From assembly GCA_013115125.1 (NCBI GenBank), contig JABANN010000015.1, positions 1 through 64,000 on the forward strand: 64,000 nucleotides of DNA, given 5' to 3'. Numbering within the stretch: position 1 is the stretch's first letter; the number at the start of each line of letters is the position of its first letter. The stretch comes from Perkinsus olseni. Its lineage: Eukaryota. The notes under the pieces are model-generated. The model was not told where the DNA came from, ran no database searches, and worked only from the letters and a program-made list of their open reading frames with translations. A program made the position numbers and the translations under genes. Shown here one piece after another: positions 22,986-36,518 of the stretch.

Positions 22986-25900
22986 TTGTTCATAGAGGGT
23001 CTCGTGCAACAAGAACGAGAGTCCTTCACTCAGGGAGTTGGGCATTCGGGAGTATTTCAGTTTGGTCCTTGTGCGTGTTGCTCGACCGCTGTGCGAGATG
23101 AGTGCGCTAAAGCTCAGCACCATAGGCATCGGATTGGGCTCTACTATATGCCTGTGAGTCGGGCCTCGCCTTCCTCTCATCTTGGCGGATGACCTTTTAC
23201 TGTTGTGGCCCATCGGTTGCTGGCCCCGCTGGCAGCGTCGTTGCTAGGTGGGACTGCTACTATCAAGAGGACCGTGCCAGCTGCCACTCCTACAAGGATG
23301 CTATAAAAGAGTGGTGGGCCCTTAGAGGGGCTCAGGTAACTACGCCTTCCTTCGGCTGGACTGGTCCCAGTCTTTGCCCCTCTCAGTGCCTCGGGTTCGT
23401 GGCATCCAAGCTCTTCTATTTGGAGTATCGGAACTTTGCCAAAACGCAAGAGTACATGCGTATGTTGAATGGCAAATCAGACGGCGTGGATGCGGACAAC
23501 TACGAGAACCTCTCTCGAGTTCGGTGGATGAGAAGAGGGTCGGTCTTCCTCGATCACCCTCTCCCCGCTGTTATGTATTCACTTTTGCCCTCTTGTCTAC
23601 GGTGATAGTCGGCAAGAGTGTCGGCAGCAAGGGTGCCTCGGCTGCCCGTCGTTGGTGATTTCAGCTAGCTGGGTTCCTTCGGGAAGGCCCCTCAGGGCTG
23701 CATTTCCCTTGTTCGCGCTTGAGATTTTCTCGCGTGATCTCATTCTCTTCTCCAGGTGGATGCTCATGGACAAGTGGCGGTATTGGCGGAATCTTGGCCT
23801 AGTGTGAGTCGCCTACGGCAGCCTACGAGCAGGACTCAGATTGCCGTCGTATCTGGGCATCTTGCTGTAGCTCGGTTTATATGGACGCCATCTGACAGGA
23901 TTTCCGATGGCCGTGCTCGGTGTGGTCACATGGCCGTGTCCTGCTAGGTTCGATAACATCGATCACCGGTATCCTAGAGCCGTGAGCCACCTCCGACGGA
24001 TAGCGCTGGTCCCAGGAGGCTCGCGGCTCTACATTAGCTGCGAGAAGAATCCTTCCAGCTGGCTCTACACGGAGCCGATATCATCGCGCTTCATTCAGGA
24101 TGGTAGGGAGAAGGCGCTCTTGGTGACTCGTGATGGGCCTTGCTCGGTGCAGAGGAAGTGCGAGAATACGTGCGGGCAGTCTGCGCTTGCCGTGACGAGA
24201 ACTTAGCGATGCTGCAAGGGAGTCCACGAGGGGCGTTAGACCTCTTCGACAACCTCATCAAGGAGAAGAAACGTTTGGTGCAGGCAAGGCGAGGTGGTTT
24301 GGACGACAGCGAGGTGGGCTGATCTCAGGACATTCGGAACTGCCGCCTCTTCGACCGGGAACGGAAGCCGGTGCTGTCTAAAGTTGTAAGGGGGACAATC
24401 AGTTCGTCGGGTTGGGCCGGACGCTTTCTGTTGTTAGTTGCGCGCTGAAATCGAAGCCCATGGATTGTACTTGGCGGCCCCCAAGCGAGCTAGGTTGATG
24501 AACCTGACCATACCGCACAAGGCGGGGGTCGGTTGAATCGAGAGCTCGGTCGGGGAAGCTCGCTGTGCTCAGGACCCTGAGAAGCCTATCAAACTGGACT
24601 TACTTTTCCCGAAGTTGTCTTTGCTCATCGACACCTCTGTTGTAGCAGATGAAGATTCTAGAGACAAGTTCATGGCCATGACCGAGGAAAGGGTACTCTA
24701 CTGTCTTTTGGGCCGGACCATGCTCGCCCCTTGACTCAGGCACCGCTGTACGCGCCCTTCCTCTTTACCGGCAGCGAGCTCGTCCCGGAGTACATCGTCG
24801 GTATCAACTTGTCGAACAAATGGCGGCAGTTTGTCATGGACCCGACTCTGGGAGAGTAGGTCATCTGGTCTGATTCGTCCGCTTGCTGCTGTCACGCTGA
24901 CGGCAAGGTACATCTTCCGGAAGGCTGACAGCGACGAAGTGGTTGAATACAGCGATCTGGCGCCCGGCAACTCGTATAGGGTGACGCTGAAGGCGTGGAA
25001 GACTAAGCTGGGCCATTTAGCGGAGACCGACTTGCCCTTCGTAAGAGGAAGGTTTATTCCACGTCGCCCTCGAGCTCATGCTGTTCAGGCCTTGCGTCTG
25101 GTTGGATTCACGGAAAGTCCTCTGGGGGATCATTCCGGAGCGCCCATTGTGGAGGTTGCCTCGGAGAAAAGAGAGCCCGGTGACCCGAGTGCAGCACAGC
25201 TGTGATGCCACGTTACACGATGTTGATGGTGTGTGGTTTCTGTGTCTTCGGCCGAGTTTGGTTTACTGCAACTCTGATATCACTCCGCAGTTTTCACTGA
25301 CCCTTCCCGCCACAGCATGTTCAGCTTCCCGTAAGTGGCCACGGCTTCCATCATTTGAGATCTCCTTTGGTCAGGGCGAGGGCATGGCGATGGTACGTCG
25401 AGCTCACAGTATCAGAGAAGAACTTGCTGTGGGGGATACAAGGGGGTGGGAGTTCGTCAGTCGTCCGGCTGCGACCGTTCCTATCTCAGTGGTGATGGGG
25501 TCGGTGATAGGAGCCTACAAGTACGTGGATAAGCAGGCCAATCGAACTAGTGACCACCTTGAAATAACGTACTATAAGGTGAGGAGCTTGGGCTGCAGGC
25601 TTGGACGGTCCCTTCAACCTTTTATCAGGTCGGTCGATCGAAAGTGAAAGAGTTCGAGGCGGCGTGGAACGAGGCAGCACGCCTTGCCCAGCGCCAGAGA
25701 GGTGAAGCTTAGATTTCGCATCTGCCTCAGTCACTATGTTATTTCGCAGGATACGAGTGGACCCGGATGTACAAGGCCATTGCGTGGGAACAGTCTCCTT
25801 TCCAGTACCACCGCCAACTCTAGGCGCAGCGGGTGCACTTGTGTATTTCAGATACTTGTGTATGAGGATGTGGTCACAGAAGGTGGACAAGGATTACTTC

Positions 25901-26065
25901 CTTCGTCACAATCGGAAAGTTCATGACGAGTTGGAGTCTCGGATTGAAGGTAAGCCAGCGCGTGTGGAGTTACCGTCACGGCTTGTGTCAGCTGCCAGTG
26001 AGGGGAAGGAGATGAATGTGTACAAGTACGTTGTTGATGACTCTATTGTGAGAGTTATCCAGTGA
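22986..26065 (+). CDS. Multi-exon hypothetical protein(s); may be two genes
   Basis: Chain of plausible exons with short GT-AG introns ending YKYVVDDSIVRVIQ*; no confident family assignment; start uncertain. Confidence 0.5.
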
Positions 26066-26861
26066 TGACTGTGGGTGTTGTGAGACATGTGTTTCGGAAG
26101 GTGTGCTGCTTCGCGTTCACAGTGGTGTGAGGTGGTAGATCTCCCGCCTACGGGACATAGGGCACACGTCTAGTACGACAGAAGAGCCGTACTGCTGCCG
26201 TTGTACTTGCCTTAACGGCAACAGGGCTCCCTCACAATATGTGTGACCGCCGCACGCCGATAAGGTGTCCCAATCATATCTGAGCGATCTCCTCCGCCGT
26301 TTGACGAGTCCGTTGGGTATATGAACATAGTACTTGCAATCAGCCAGAGCCCGATGAGCCCACTTGTCAAGCGACCCGCGCTGTGTTCCTGCATAACTCT
26401 GTTCCCAAGTCGACTCAACAACAACAATGAACACTAGAAACCTTAAATAAAATCAATGAGGCTTTGGTGGCGGAACGAACGACAACTTAAGGTCGGTTTA
26501 ATACCAAGGATATTCGTGATAGGAGCCGTAGCGGTATGTAGTCAATCTCTTCGGGTCATCCGGGCAAACATCGGAAATGACGCTGTCCGACGCAGCCGGA
26601 AACTTGCCATCCCGAGTCAGCTTCAGTTCACCGTCGTCTTCACGCAGGTAAGGGTAAGTATCCAAAGGGTAAGTATCCAGGAAAGAATACTAGTTTTTCT
26701 GGTCGTTTCTTTGTAGTGTGCTTAGTTTTATTACAGTGCTTTTTGAGTATCGTGCCATGTAGTGATCATGAGAAAGGGTTTCCATCGAAACTTGATGACC
26801 ATGTGTTGAGAGAGGGGGTCATTTGTGGTTGAATTATGACTATCTGGTGACCCTGGAAGTG

Positions 26862-26968
26862 TGCCGTGCCGTACTGTCGTACTGCCGTACCGTACTCAAA
26901 TCTCGGGTTCTGTCACGGGAAACGTCGTACCGTACCGTACCGTAAAAAGTACGGTTTGCCCATCTCTA
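26862..26968. mobile_element. Orphan end of a hAT-type element related to the 14135 MITE
   Basis: CCGTAC clusters ending in GCCCATCTCTA (26958-26968; reverse complement TAGAGATGGGC); partner end not found. Confidence 0.75.
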
Positions 26969-27131
26969 GCAACAACTCGCCATCAGGTGCCTCCAGCTTC
27001 CACCGTGTCATAGTCAACCTCGCACAAAACTCTCCTAAAACGTCCTTGAGATCTCCACCTCTATCGCGCGCCTTTACAAGATCTTCGAGAAGCTTGACCT
27101 CCAGGGCCATGGCGTGCGCAGGAGATTTCAT
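26969..27131 (-). pseudogene. Truncated paralog of the 27852-28991 gene
   Basis: MKSPAHAMALEV...GDLKDVLGEFCARL...PDGELLL aligns with MESPAHVMALEV...GDLPEIFGHFCAGL...PEGELLL; similarity stops at the hAT TIR. Confidence 0.8.
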
Positions 27132-27851
27132 TCGGGTTCACTAAAAAGTAAACTATCCAGTCTAGAAGAACCTCGAAACCTGCTCGTGTAACTACGCAGC
27201 AGGCGAAGGGGTTTGTAATGGCTACACAGTGTGGTTATTACGAAACCCTTCACCGGCCCCAGGGAGCAAGGAGATGAACGTGCGATTTTAGTCGTTGATA
27301 ACTATAATGTGTGACCCATCAAACAACAACTGCGCCTGCTGCGAGAAATAATTCTCAAGGAGCGTGAAGTGTAATAGTCACAGCTAACCGGGAGCAGCAT
27401 CCTCCTCAAAACCGCAAGAGACATGTAAGTATGAAGCCGAATGTCCAGTGGATACCGCTCAGGCTATGCGACCAGTAGAGGCGCATTTCCATCCGTCACC
27501 GAAAAACCCTGCCAGTTTGCGGCGTCAACGTAGATCGAAAACGGAGCCTATGAGTTCGATGATGAGGTCACTTAGGGTGGCCTCTCTATAGTGTATTGTC
27601 ATTAGACGAAACACGCGGTGCTAGTATTACTAACAATATTCTATAGCTCGTTGAAACCGTGCATATTTATAGTCCTTTTTATGGTATGGAGCGTAGGTAT
27701 ATGATATTGGAAATTTAGTAGGCCGTCGGATTCCGCCTCGAGAAGCTAACCGACCCGACCTGCCATTCGAATAGCCCAACGAGACAGATACAAAGACAAA
27801 AAATTATTCAGAAACTCATGTAAGATACGTCTGTTGGCGGTCTTCCTACTG

Positions 27852-28991
27852 TCATGGAGAATAGGTATAGTAGCGGTAAACAGTCAATCTCATAGGTTCA
27901 TCGGGACTAATATCCGATATGACGCTCTCTGACACCACAGACTTCTCTTCGTCCTCGTCGTGGTTGACGGAGGGCTGTAGGGCGAAAGACGTGTCCCTCC
28001 TCATCACGTACACGGCGTCTGCAGGACCGCTGAGGATTTGCATGTGATAAGCCTCTTTGTAGTTGCCCGTCAAGGGAATGGGGATACTGCGCTCGCTGAA
28101 GTGTTTATCTGCTAGCTCGAGGTGAGCGCCAACTTGCTTCGATCTACCATTCCCTTTGCGGAGAACGATACTGCACAAGCCCGGGTCTATGGGGACAACC
28201 GTCACAACCTCCCGTGCCCTTGAGGAGGTGCCAAACGGTACTTCCCGTGTCTTGGACTCCCTGAACTTCGGATGCCCCGATCGGTAGGTGTGCGGCGACA
28301 GGTCAAGCTCGTCTACACAGATCGCATCGAAGGCAACCGTGAAGACACGCAGGGCCCATGGTCGCTGCGGATCTAACAGGAGATGACCACATCCGTCTTG
28401 GGATTTGTCTGCTATCCAGCCTCGGTATGCCTGGACCGTATCTCGAATGTCCCTACGGTTGATGTAGAAGAGATGACCAGTGGCTATGAGGATGAAGATG
28501 TAGTCATCGTTGCTGACCATGTCCATCTTACGACTATAACACGTCGCCAATCCGGGCAGGCCGAAGACCTCCGAGGTAACTCCGGGCTGCTCTGGTGAGG
28601 CACTCAGGTCATAAATAATCAACTTACGATTATCCTCACACAATACGAATAGTTGTGATTTGTTATTATTATAATAGTAGACAGCCTTGGTACCTTGAAA
28701 GCCTGGCTGTAGTACCATGACCTCCTCCCCACGTTCTAATGGTTTCCTAATATATACACCAGTAGGGGTGGGATAGACACCACACAGATCCTCATTCATA
28801 ACAAAGATGTATGATGGTGGTGGGTTCAGCAACAACTCCCCCTCAGGCCCAGCCAGAGCCCGTTGCCTCTTAGCCAGCCCCGCACAGAAGTGTCCGAAGA
28901 TCTCCGGAAGATCCCCTCTCCTGCCGCGCTCATTCATCAAACCTTGGAAGTACTCGACCTCCAAGGCCATCACATGCGCAGGAGATTCCAT
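27852..28991 (-). CDS. Uncharacterised 379-aa intronless ORF (helical N-terminus, beta-rich remainder)
   Basis: Long ORF with a local paralog fragment; true start may lie upstream. Confidence 0.65.
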   Translation of the reverse strand: MESPAHVMALEVEYFQGLMNERGRRGDLPEIFGHFCAGLAKRQRALAGPEGELLLNPPPSYIFVMNEDLCGVYPTPTGVYIRKPLERGEEVMVLQPGFQGTKAVYYYNNNKSQLFVLCEDNRKLIIYDLSASPEQPGVTSEVFGLPGLATCYSRKMDMVSNDDYIFILIATGHLFYINRRDIRDTVQAYRGWIADKSQDGCGHLLLDPQRPWALRVFTVAFDAICVDELDLSPHTYRSGHPKFRESKTREVPFGTSSRAREVVTVVPIDPGLCSIVLRKGNGRSKQVGAHLELADKHFSERSIPIPLTGNYKEAYHMQILSGPADAVYVMRRDTSFALQPSVNHDEDEEKSVVSESVISDISPDEPMRLTVYRYYTYSP

Positions 28992-29355
28992 TGATAAAAT
29001 GCAACTGCCGACGCTAGGAGAGATAGGCCAGGCCTCTCAAAAGGTCATCACCGAATTCTCAGCTAGCTCCGCGAGCCAAGCATCAAGTATAGCTGTCTCT
29101 GTTTCACCAGTCCGGCCCAACTCATCTGCGATGGAGGCGAGAGTAGTAAACTTTCAAGAGCGCTCTGCTGCTAGCTAGCTCCATCGGGACAGCAGTATCA
29201 TGAGAACCACTAGGTCCTAAGGCGAAAAGTATCGAGAGCTACGTAGTTCCCAGAGCAACGTAACAGGCAACCTTGACGGCAGCTCCACTCAGTAGAAACA
29301 TGCTACGGACCTTATCCCGGAGCCCGGGCCAAGACACTGACAACACTGGTGCGGC

Positions 29356-32300
29356 TCAGTCGGTATCGAGGGGGAAATCTTCATTGTCGAATGCTTGGCT
29401 CGGCCAGGCGGGAGGCTGCAGCTTTGGAACGGCTGACGTCGCGGATGGAAGGCCACCGGTGCGCATGCGCACCTGCGGATAGTAGGCGCGAAGATGAGCA
29501 CCGTTACTACCGCCTTCGACTCCGTAGCTCGAATCAAGGAGCGAGTTAAATGCATCATTTCCTTTTGGTGGCAAATTAGGCTCAACCTGGTTGAACCTTC
29601 ATCCTTACCTGATGGTTCCCCTGCCGTCGAAGAGCGTCAACGTCGTCGTCGAAATCAAAATCGAGGGATTCTTCGGAATCACTGGCTATGTTGTGATGCA
29701 CCTGGTCTCAAACGCGTCCCACTAGGTCCATGACGCTGTATCCTCACAGCATTGTCATCCCCCTTCTTAGAGCGCCCAACGTTCGCGCAGTATTGGTCGA
29801 GCGACGGTGCATCCCGGAGCCTACGAGCCACCGTCAGCGCCTCTCCACAACCATAGCGAGACGTCTCACTCGCCTTCGTTCTCGCTAGTATAATCCTCAG
29901 TCTCCCGGCCAGCTCTGGTCAGGGTCGCATACTTCACATACCTGTGAGTAGCAGTGAACCAGTCGAAAGAAGCGCGCCGTCCTCGGCGAGCGCGCCACCT
30001 CAAAGTCTCCAAGCCGCCGTTGCCCTCTGACCCAGCCGCAGCTCGGTTCATGCCGATCAGCAAGAGGATGATGACCACGATGAGGGCGAAAGCTATCAAA
30101 GCCGCTGAGAAGACAACGACCGTCACAGACAAGGCGGGCCTTCCAGTACCTCGGGAAAGCGGACTGAAGCTAGGACAAGGGACCTGTGCCTTGGGCGGCA
30201 CAAAGCCTCCCTCGCAAGTGTCACCGGGGACTCTCCGATAGGCATCCGCGAAGTAAGCCCCAGAGGAAGTGCACTCCATCTCTTCTGGAGTTAGCACCTG
30301 CAAGTGCCACCCCTGCGATCACAGCCCGCTGTTTCCAGGAACGTCAGGTCTAATGCGGACGAGCGATGGACTCCCACTAGCAAGCATCAGCGGTCATCGT
30401 GAGTACCGCATCAACGTCAACCGGCCTGCACTCCGATTCGCCCAGCGTTCTTGCGAAGCCGAGCGCGCAGTGGTAGTCTTCGAACGTGCATGGACAGTTG
30501 TTCTTGAAGACGGGTCTCTCGAACTTCTCTCCTGATCAGTACAGCCAGCCTTGTGATGAGAGTAAAGCGGCAGCGCTCACCATTGAAGCACTTTGCATGC
30601 GGCTTGCGGCGGACGTAGCTTGTGATTCGACCGAGCAGGCACGACTCGCCGGAGATCCTGAGCGAGCATTCAGCTGGGCAACTGCAGCCCTCTTTACGAG
30701 TATCGAAGTGCGCCCCAAGTTGAGAAATGGGGTAAAACCTCCACGGTGGAAGCGTTCAGTGGGGAGAGCTCGGAGGGACTCACAGGCCAGCACTCGGTAT
30801 CCACGTCTCGTAGTCGCTTGACTGAGCATCCGGGGCCCAATAACCGCTACACGTCCTCGGCAGAATCGATGAGAAGTCGAGATGATAGAGCACATCTACG
30901 AGTTGACAGCACAGTTCCCCATGGGGTCTATTAGACACCAAAGGCTCAGCCGATCGGCTCACTGTCGTAGTCTCGCGTGCCGTATATCAGGAACTTAGCG
31001 GAGGCGGCCGAATCCGACGTGATGATGTTTTTAACGTGGAAGGGCTCCCCGTCGAGCTCGAAGTCATACCTGGACGAATCACTCGTGGACGAAGTCCGCA
31101 GCCCTAGGGTTGTCACCAGTCAGCCCCCTCGGTCCACGAGAAGACAACATTGCGCGTTCTTCGTGTAGCGTCCGCCATGACTATGAGTCCTCCGTGATCA
31201 CCGAACTCGTATGAGTATGAACCTAGCAGGCATTGGTCACTGTGGGAACGCTTTCCCGCTCGATGAATATTAACCATGGAATACAAAATACTGAGGAGTT
31301 CCACGCGCGATATGCTTGACGCCAGCGTGTACCACGATCAGTAAAACACTACGCGACGAGTACCCCCAGCTTAGCGAGAGACGGCTGCAACTCCTTCATT
31401 TCTGAATATAGACATTTCCATATATATAATTAGCATTAGCATTCTCTTGCATGTCAAATGCAGGAAGAGAGACTTCGAGCGGGAATCACAACGACGCATT
31501 TCGCCGAAGGCCTCGGTCCGGGACTTAGTGCCTTTCCTCACTCATCGCGGTCGTCTAGTTGCTGCAGAGATTCACCAGTCAGGGAACGGCCTCTGCAGAC
31601 TCTCGCTATTATTTATACTTGGACCTTCCGCAATACCAATCGCTCATCTGCATCGATTGGCCGTCTTCTCACTGCAACTGCTTGTGCTTTGGGTCGAGGC
31701 TCTCCGTCCAGTTATCAAAGCTGGGCATTACAAGGGTCGAGTGAACTCGATCGGCACACTGCAAGAGACGCCATGGACGGCATGGACGTTAGTCTGGTGG
31801 GGCATGATGGAACTACCCCGCACATTACGATGGCTCTCAGCGGGCAAGTGAATCATCACTTGAAGGTCAGTCATATCGGCGAGATGCTTTTGGAGCAGCT
31901 ACGTGAGGTGTGGATTTACAAGGCCTATCTGGGTTCGGGAGAAGCCAGGAGATTCGAGCAATGCTATTATCCTATGCGTGTGAGTAGCCAGGATGCACGA
32001 AAGCTGAGGGATCTCTACGCAATCTTTTCAATCCCGACACAAGCTCAACCTGCTCGAATCTGGAGGAATATGAAGTTGTGTTCGGTATTTGAAGATTGGT
32101 GCTTGTTTCTCGGAATGCAAGTTCTTGAGAAAAAATCATACATCCTCACGCATCCAGCGTCGATGCGCAGAGCCAACGGACAGCGACCTCGCCAGCCTTC
32201 GCTGATCGGGCAGGTTCAAGGCAATGAGCAACAGATCATCGCGAGTGAGATGGCTTCAGCTGAAACAGTTGCCCCCGTCAACCGTCTCGGTGTGGCAGCT

Positions 32301-35300
32301 ACAGAAGATGGCAATCTCTCATTAGGCTCGAAAGAGGTCGGTGGCGTTGAACCGGAGAGGGATGCGCCATCCCAAGCTCTCCTAGTGAAAATATCATTGC
32401 CAGCGGGGTCGTTAGTCAACTACGAAGAAACTGGGAATCTTCATACGGTGTGCCTCACGCTCAGTACCGAGGAGCCTGGCGGACATATCCTGGGTATTCT
32501 CACAATCATCTCTACATCATCAGAACCATCCAATGAATTTTCAAGATACTTTCAATTCTAGGATACAACCGAGGATACTCCCTCCGGCAACGTGCTCGCT
32601 CTACCTGAGATGCGCCTCGAGGTGGGAGGAAGCGATGGCTGCTATATGTTCGCCAGTAACGCCAAGCCCGAACAACGGGTCGGCCTTGATGCCTCACTCG
32701 AAGCCGCTGGCCGTGCCTTCGGTATCAACAGCCTCACTCGAAACTCTATCGCACTGTGCAAGACCGGAGATGAACGGGACAAGAATCCTATCTTCGACCT
32801 GCGACTGGGGACGAGTACTTCACATACTGATCAACCGGACTTAACCGTTCGACTTGGCTATGTTCATCTCCTCACTGATGCCACTGACAACGTGATCGGT
32901 TCTCAGTCTCGATCGGCCCCAGCTCTATGGCGGGGCGAGATAAGGGAGGAATCCGACCGGGGGAGGAAGCGACCTCATGATATGGCCGATGCAGGTGAAG
33001 GAAAAACAAAAGCAATGAGAACGTTCCAAAGCTCGTAGTGCGGGGCATGTTAGCCCTATACGGCATCGGGCTGAGCAGTCATCTTCGCGTAACCTCCACC
33101 ATCTGTCTTATCGATTATCTACTCTGAGCATCTTTTCCGTGTCTTTTTCTAGAAGGGTGGGCGGTGAAAGTAACCAGCGTGCATAGCCATCGGGAACATC
33201 TGTGTTTTCGCATGCGGAAGGTATCGATTGCCGGTATGGGTCTGCTACCCGATGGCTCTTCGCGGAGTTCCTCTGTTCTCGATGGTTATTGGACCCACCA
33301 TCGTACCGAGAAATCGTCTTGCTGGAGGCTCTATACCGTACACAGCCACGAAGTTGCACTTTGAGTCATGCGGCATGAATTGATGATCGTGGACAGTTTG
33401 TGCTGATGATAATCACAAAGCTTAGCAAAGTTGGTGCTTGTTTATTTTCGAAGTTACTTGGAGTGCTTGTCGCGTGAAGTTCATCTGGTTGAATGCTGGT
33501 TGAATCATCATGTTGGTTTTCATATCGGTCCGCAATCGACATGAAAGCCCCCAGTGTCACTGGTTCAGCGACACATTCCTCTACGTGAGGCCACGATGGG
33601 TGTAACTAGTATACGCTAGCCTTCCATCATTCATGTTATCTATTTAACATACTTATAAACTATCAGCAATCACGCGGCAAAGGAGTCTCACCCGCGATAT
33701 GAAAAACACTAGTGAAAACACATTTTGCATTTCACAACGCGATTTCCGCATTTTTCACTTGGCGGAAGACGGCGATTCACGCATAACGGGTGAAACTCCG
33801 ATATACATAGAAAATATCCTAATAACGGGTCTCACCCGCGTGGACCTCCCGCCATGTGAGACCACCATCTCGCGAGAGATATGTATTCATTTCATGCTGC
33901 TCATAGCGCAGATAGGGGCCGATGTTGCCTGAGAGGAGTGGAAAAGGCGCCGCGGCAATCGACGGTGATGGAGTGAGCCTTGTGACATCACCCATGGCGA
34001 GGATGAGCCCAACAGCAGCTTCCGTCGCATACAGCGGCACTGACGTTACTTCGCTCGACACCACATGGAGGTGGATCGAGCATCTGACCAAGACCAGTGC
34101 CCGAACGCTTCCTAAAAGGCAGGCGAACCTCGATTTAGGGCACTCTATCTGACGGCCTTCATGATCTTCTGCCGGAGGTTCAAGATGCGACCACATACCG
34201 CCATTGTCGAAGCTGATAACGGTACCTGTCCGACTTAAAGTACTGAATGCCTTGATGGCCGAGCCTACGGATGTAGTCCTCATCTTTGGAGGGCTTCACC
34301 GCCCCATGGTGGCGCTGGAAGTCGATGCCCTCCTGAAAGGCGAGCGCGAGCCGAGATCACGGCGGGCTGTGGACCCTGTCACCAACCACAGGTTCATCAT
34401 CCACGAGTTCACCTTCCTCTTCGGAGAACTCGACGAAAGGGTGATCAACGTAGTTCGCTATATACGCGCCGTCCATGGATAAGATACGCTCTATGGCCAC
34501 CTCTCCTTCCTGGTTGCTTGCCTGACCCACAATCGCAACCTCGAATTCCGACGAGGGGGCGGTGACACGGGAGTTGCCGGTATATCAGCTCGAGAAGGGG
34601 AGAGAGTGGCCTTCGAAATCTTTCCCCGGTACTCAATAGATCATCTGCTTACCACATTAGGCAGGCTGAGTGAAAACAGCGCTCCCGTTGCATCGCTGGC
34701 GTAGATGTTGCCGACCTCTCGACCGTTCTTCCAACCATGGTGGACGTGAAGCATGACGAAGCCTACCCGTTGAGAGCTTTTCCCTCAAAGACCTATCCAT
34801 TAACCCAATGCCTACCGTGTGAGGCATCCAGGATAGTGTAGCTATGTTGCTCTAGGGCGACAGGGATCCTTGCCGTAGCGAACGTCCTGGCTCCATTCGC
34901 CGACACTTCGAGTCGTACAGTAGTCTCTGAGGGCGCGTCTTTGGCCAGCAGTACGTTCGAAGGGGCTCACCGCTGCCGGGCACGGCTTTGGCGACGAACA
35001 AGTAATCTTTGGTCATGACGAACTTGTTGCCTCCCGCTATCAGGGTTGTGACCGATTGGCCTGATAATAGATATTAGACGGGATCGGTGCTCGGGCGGGG
35101 CGCTTCCGAGGTTGACGAGCGAGCGGTATAGCCCTGGTCGGCGTTACCGTCGTCATCAGTGCAGGCGAAGTCGACGTCCGAGTCCCATCCGTAGAGATGA
35201 GGTTGATCTCCTGACTTCTTCCTGACCAGTACCAGGGATTCGTCATCGCGGTTGAGTGCCACTGTTGACGCACGAAGCGTTAGAAGCAGTGCAACAGGGA

Positions 35301-36518
35301 TGCGGATCGCTCGTTGCTACTACGGTACGCGTCCTGCGCGGAGAGTCGGATCGGGTGTGAAAGTCGCCTTAGTAAGACTACATCCTCGACGGCGACTGAC
35401 GGTGGCCTCACTTGTGATGTGTGAAGTAGATTCTGTTGGCGGATCCAAACTTCGTTGAGCCCCAACTGAACTGTACCACATAGGACGCTACTAGGGAGAA
35501 CGTCTTGCCGCCGTCCTAAAGCGTTCTAAAGCTTTGCTCCGCGCCATGACTGGGCAAACTACGCTAGTTCGGTAGAGAGCATGTTGGCAAGCATCTTCGG
35601 GGTCACGTTCGTGTGCGTGGAGGTCGCAAGATTTGCTCCAGGATGATACGAGCGCCGACCTGCCTGGACCAATCAAACCGACCGGCGCGATTCCGCGGAC
35701 GAGCCTCACTTCGAGTCCGTCGGATGGAACAAGTAGGTGTGGAGGCCTTGATGCTTTAGAAGTCTCCACGACCTCCCAGAGTCCTCGCTTAGGTAGTGCA
35801 CCTATTACGGCTGTAGTGCCGCATCAAAGTCCAGGGCCCAAAGGCAAATCCCTACGTGTTTAACTCCTGCTAGGAGCACGACCTTGCTGTCTGTGGGGTG
35901 CGGTTCTATCTGTTTAATACGGTCGCTGTCAGCTGGCATTTCGGTCTCGTCAGTGGCTCCCCTGAGCTCAGTGGATACTGAGATTGCCGCTCCACGCATT
36001 CAGCGCCTTACGTGACTGCCCCCTTCCTTCCGAGACTTTCTGTTATTTTCTGCATCGACAATCCCGAGTCCGGCGATCTGAGCTCAAGTGGAAGTTAATC
36101 GAAGTTCACTCCTGTTTTGGGTACCGGTAAACGTGCCCGTTTTCCGTTCGCATCAGAATCACTTCTTGTTTCTTCCCCAAGTAGACAACATCGGCTACGG
36201 GACTGTCCGGCCTCTGAAAAATTTTTCTACTCATTCAATGCATTCTCTGTATTGTGCATTAGGCCCGATGAGTGCCAAATGTGCGGATAACAAAGCAGAC
36301 TTCGGGAAAAAAGCTGGCCGAAAAGTTGCCACCGGACAGAAAGAAGTTCACCAAATCGAAAGCATGACCCGAAGTAAAAATGATTCCCGCAGCAAACGGT
36401 GGTTTACACGTACCATCTCCTGAATAGCAACCTTAGGGTCGCCTACAGACGAGGCTTCACATCTTGACGGATCCGGGAGGAATGAGAGAAGTACGAACAG
36501 CCACTTGTGAGACACCAT
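29356..36518 (-). CDS. Sortilin / VPS10-domain sorting receptor, multi-exon
   Basis: Exon 1 (36414-36518) MVSHKWLFVLLSF...KVAIQEM splices to RPDSPVADVVYLG. BNR repeats ISFDNGGMW and YLSRDGGLTW; YEFGDHGGLIVMA; 10CC region YRRVPGDTCEGG; TM helix; acidic cytoplasmic tail ending EDFPLDTD*. Confidence 0.92.
31633..33038 (+). pseudogene. Lineage-specific two-domain protein gene nested antisense in a 2.6-kb sortilin intron; disrupted
   Basis: Hydrophobic leader plus IKAGHYKG in one frame, shift near 31765 into ORF 31458-32561, in-frame TAG 32559-32561, continuation to 33038. Shares a C...L..(L/V)Y..FS...LC....W..F motif with the 37038/37711 ORFs. Confidence 0.6.

Noticed and set aside
29458-29473. 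16-bp palindrome GGTGCGCATGCGCACC as a third footprint
   Set aside because: No unpaired centre and no duplicated target; the sortilin frame appears open.
32559-32561. In-frame TAG as evidence of stop-codon readthrough or recoding
   Set aside because: The same locus also has a frameshift, and TAG ends other genes here such as SYS1; pseudogenisation is simpler.
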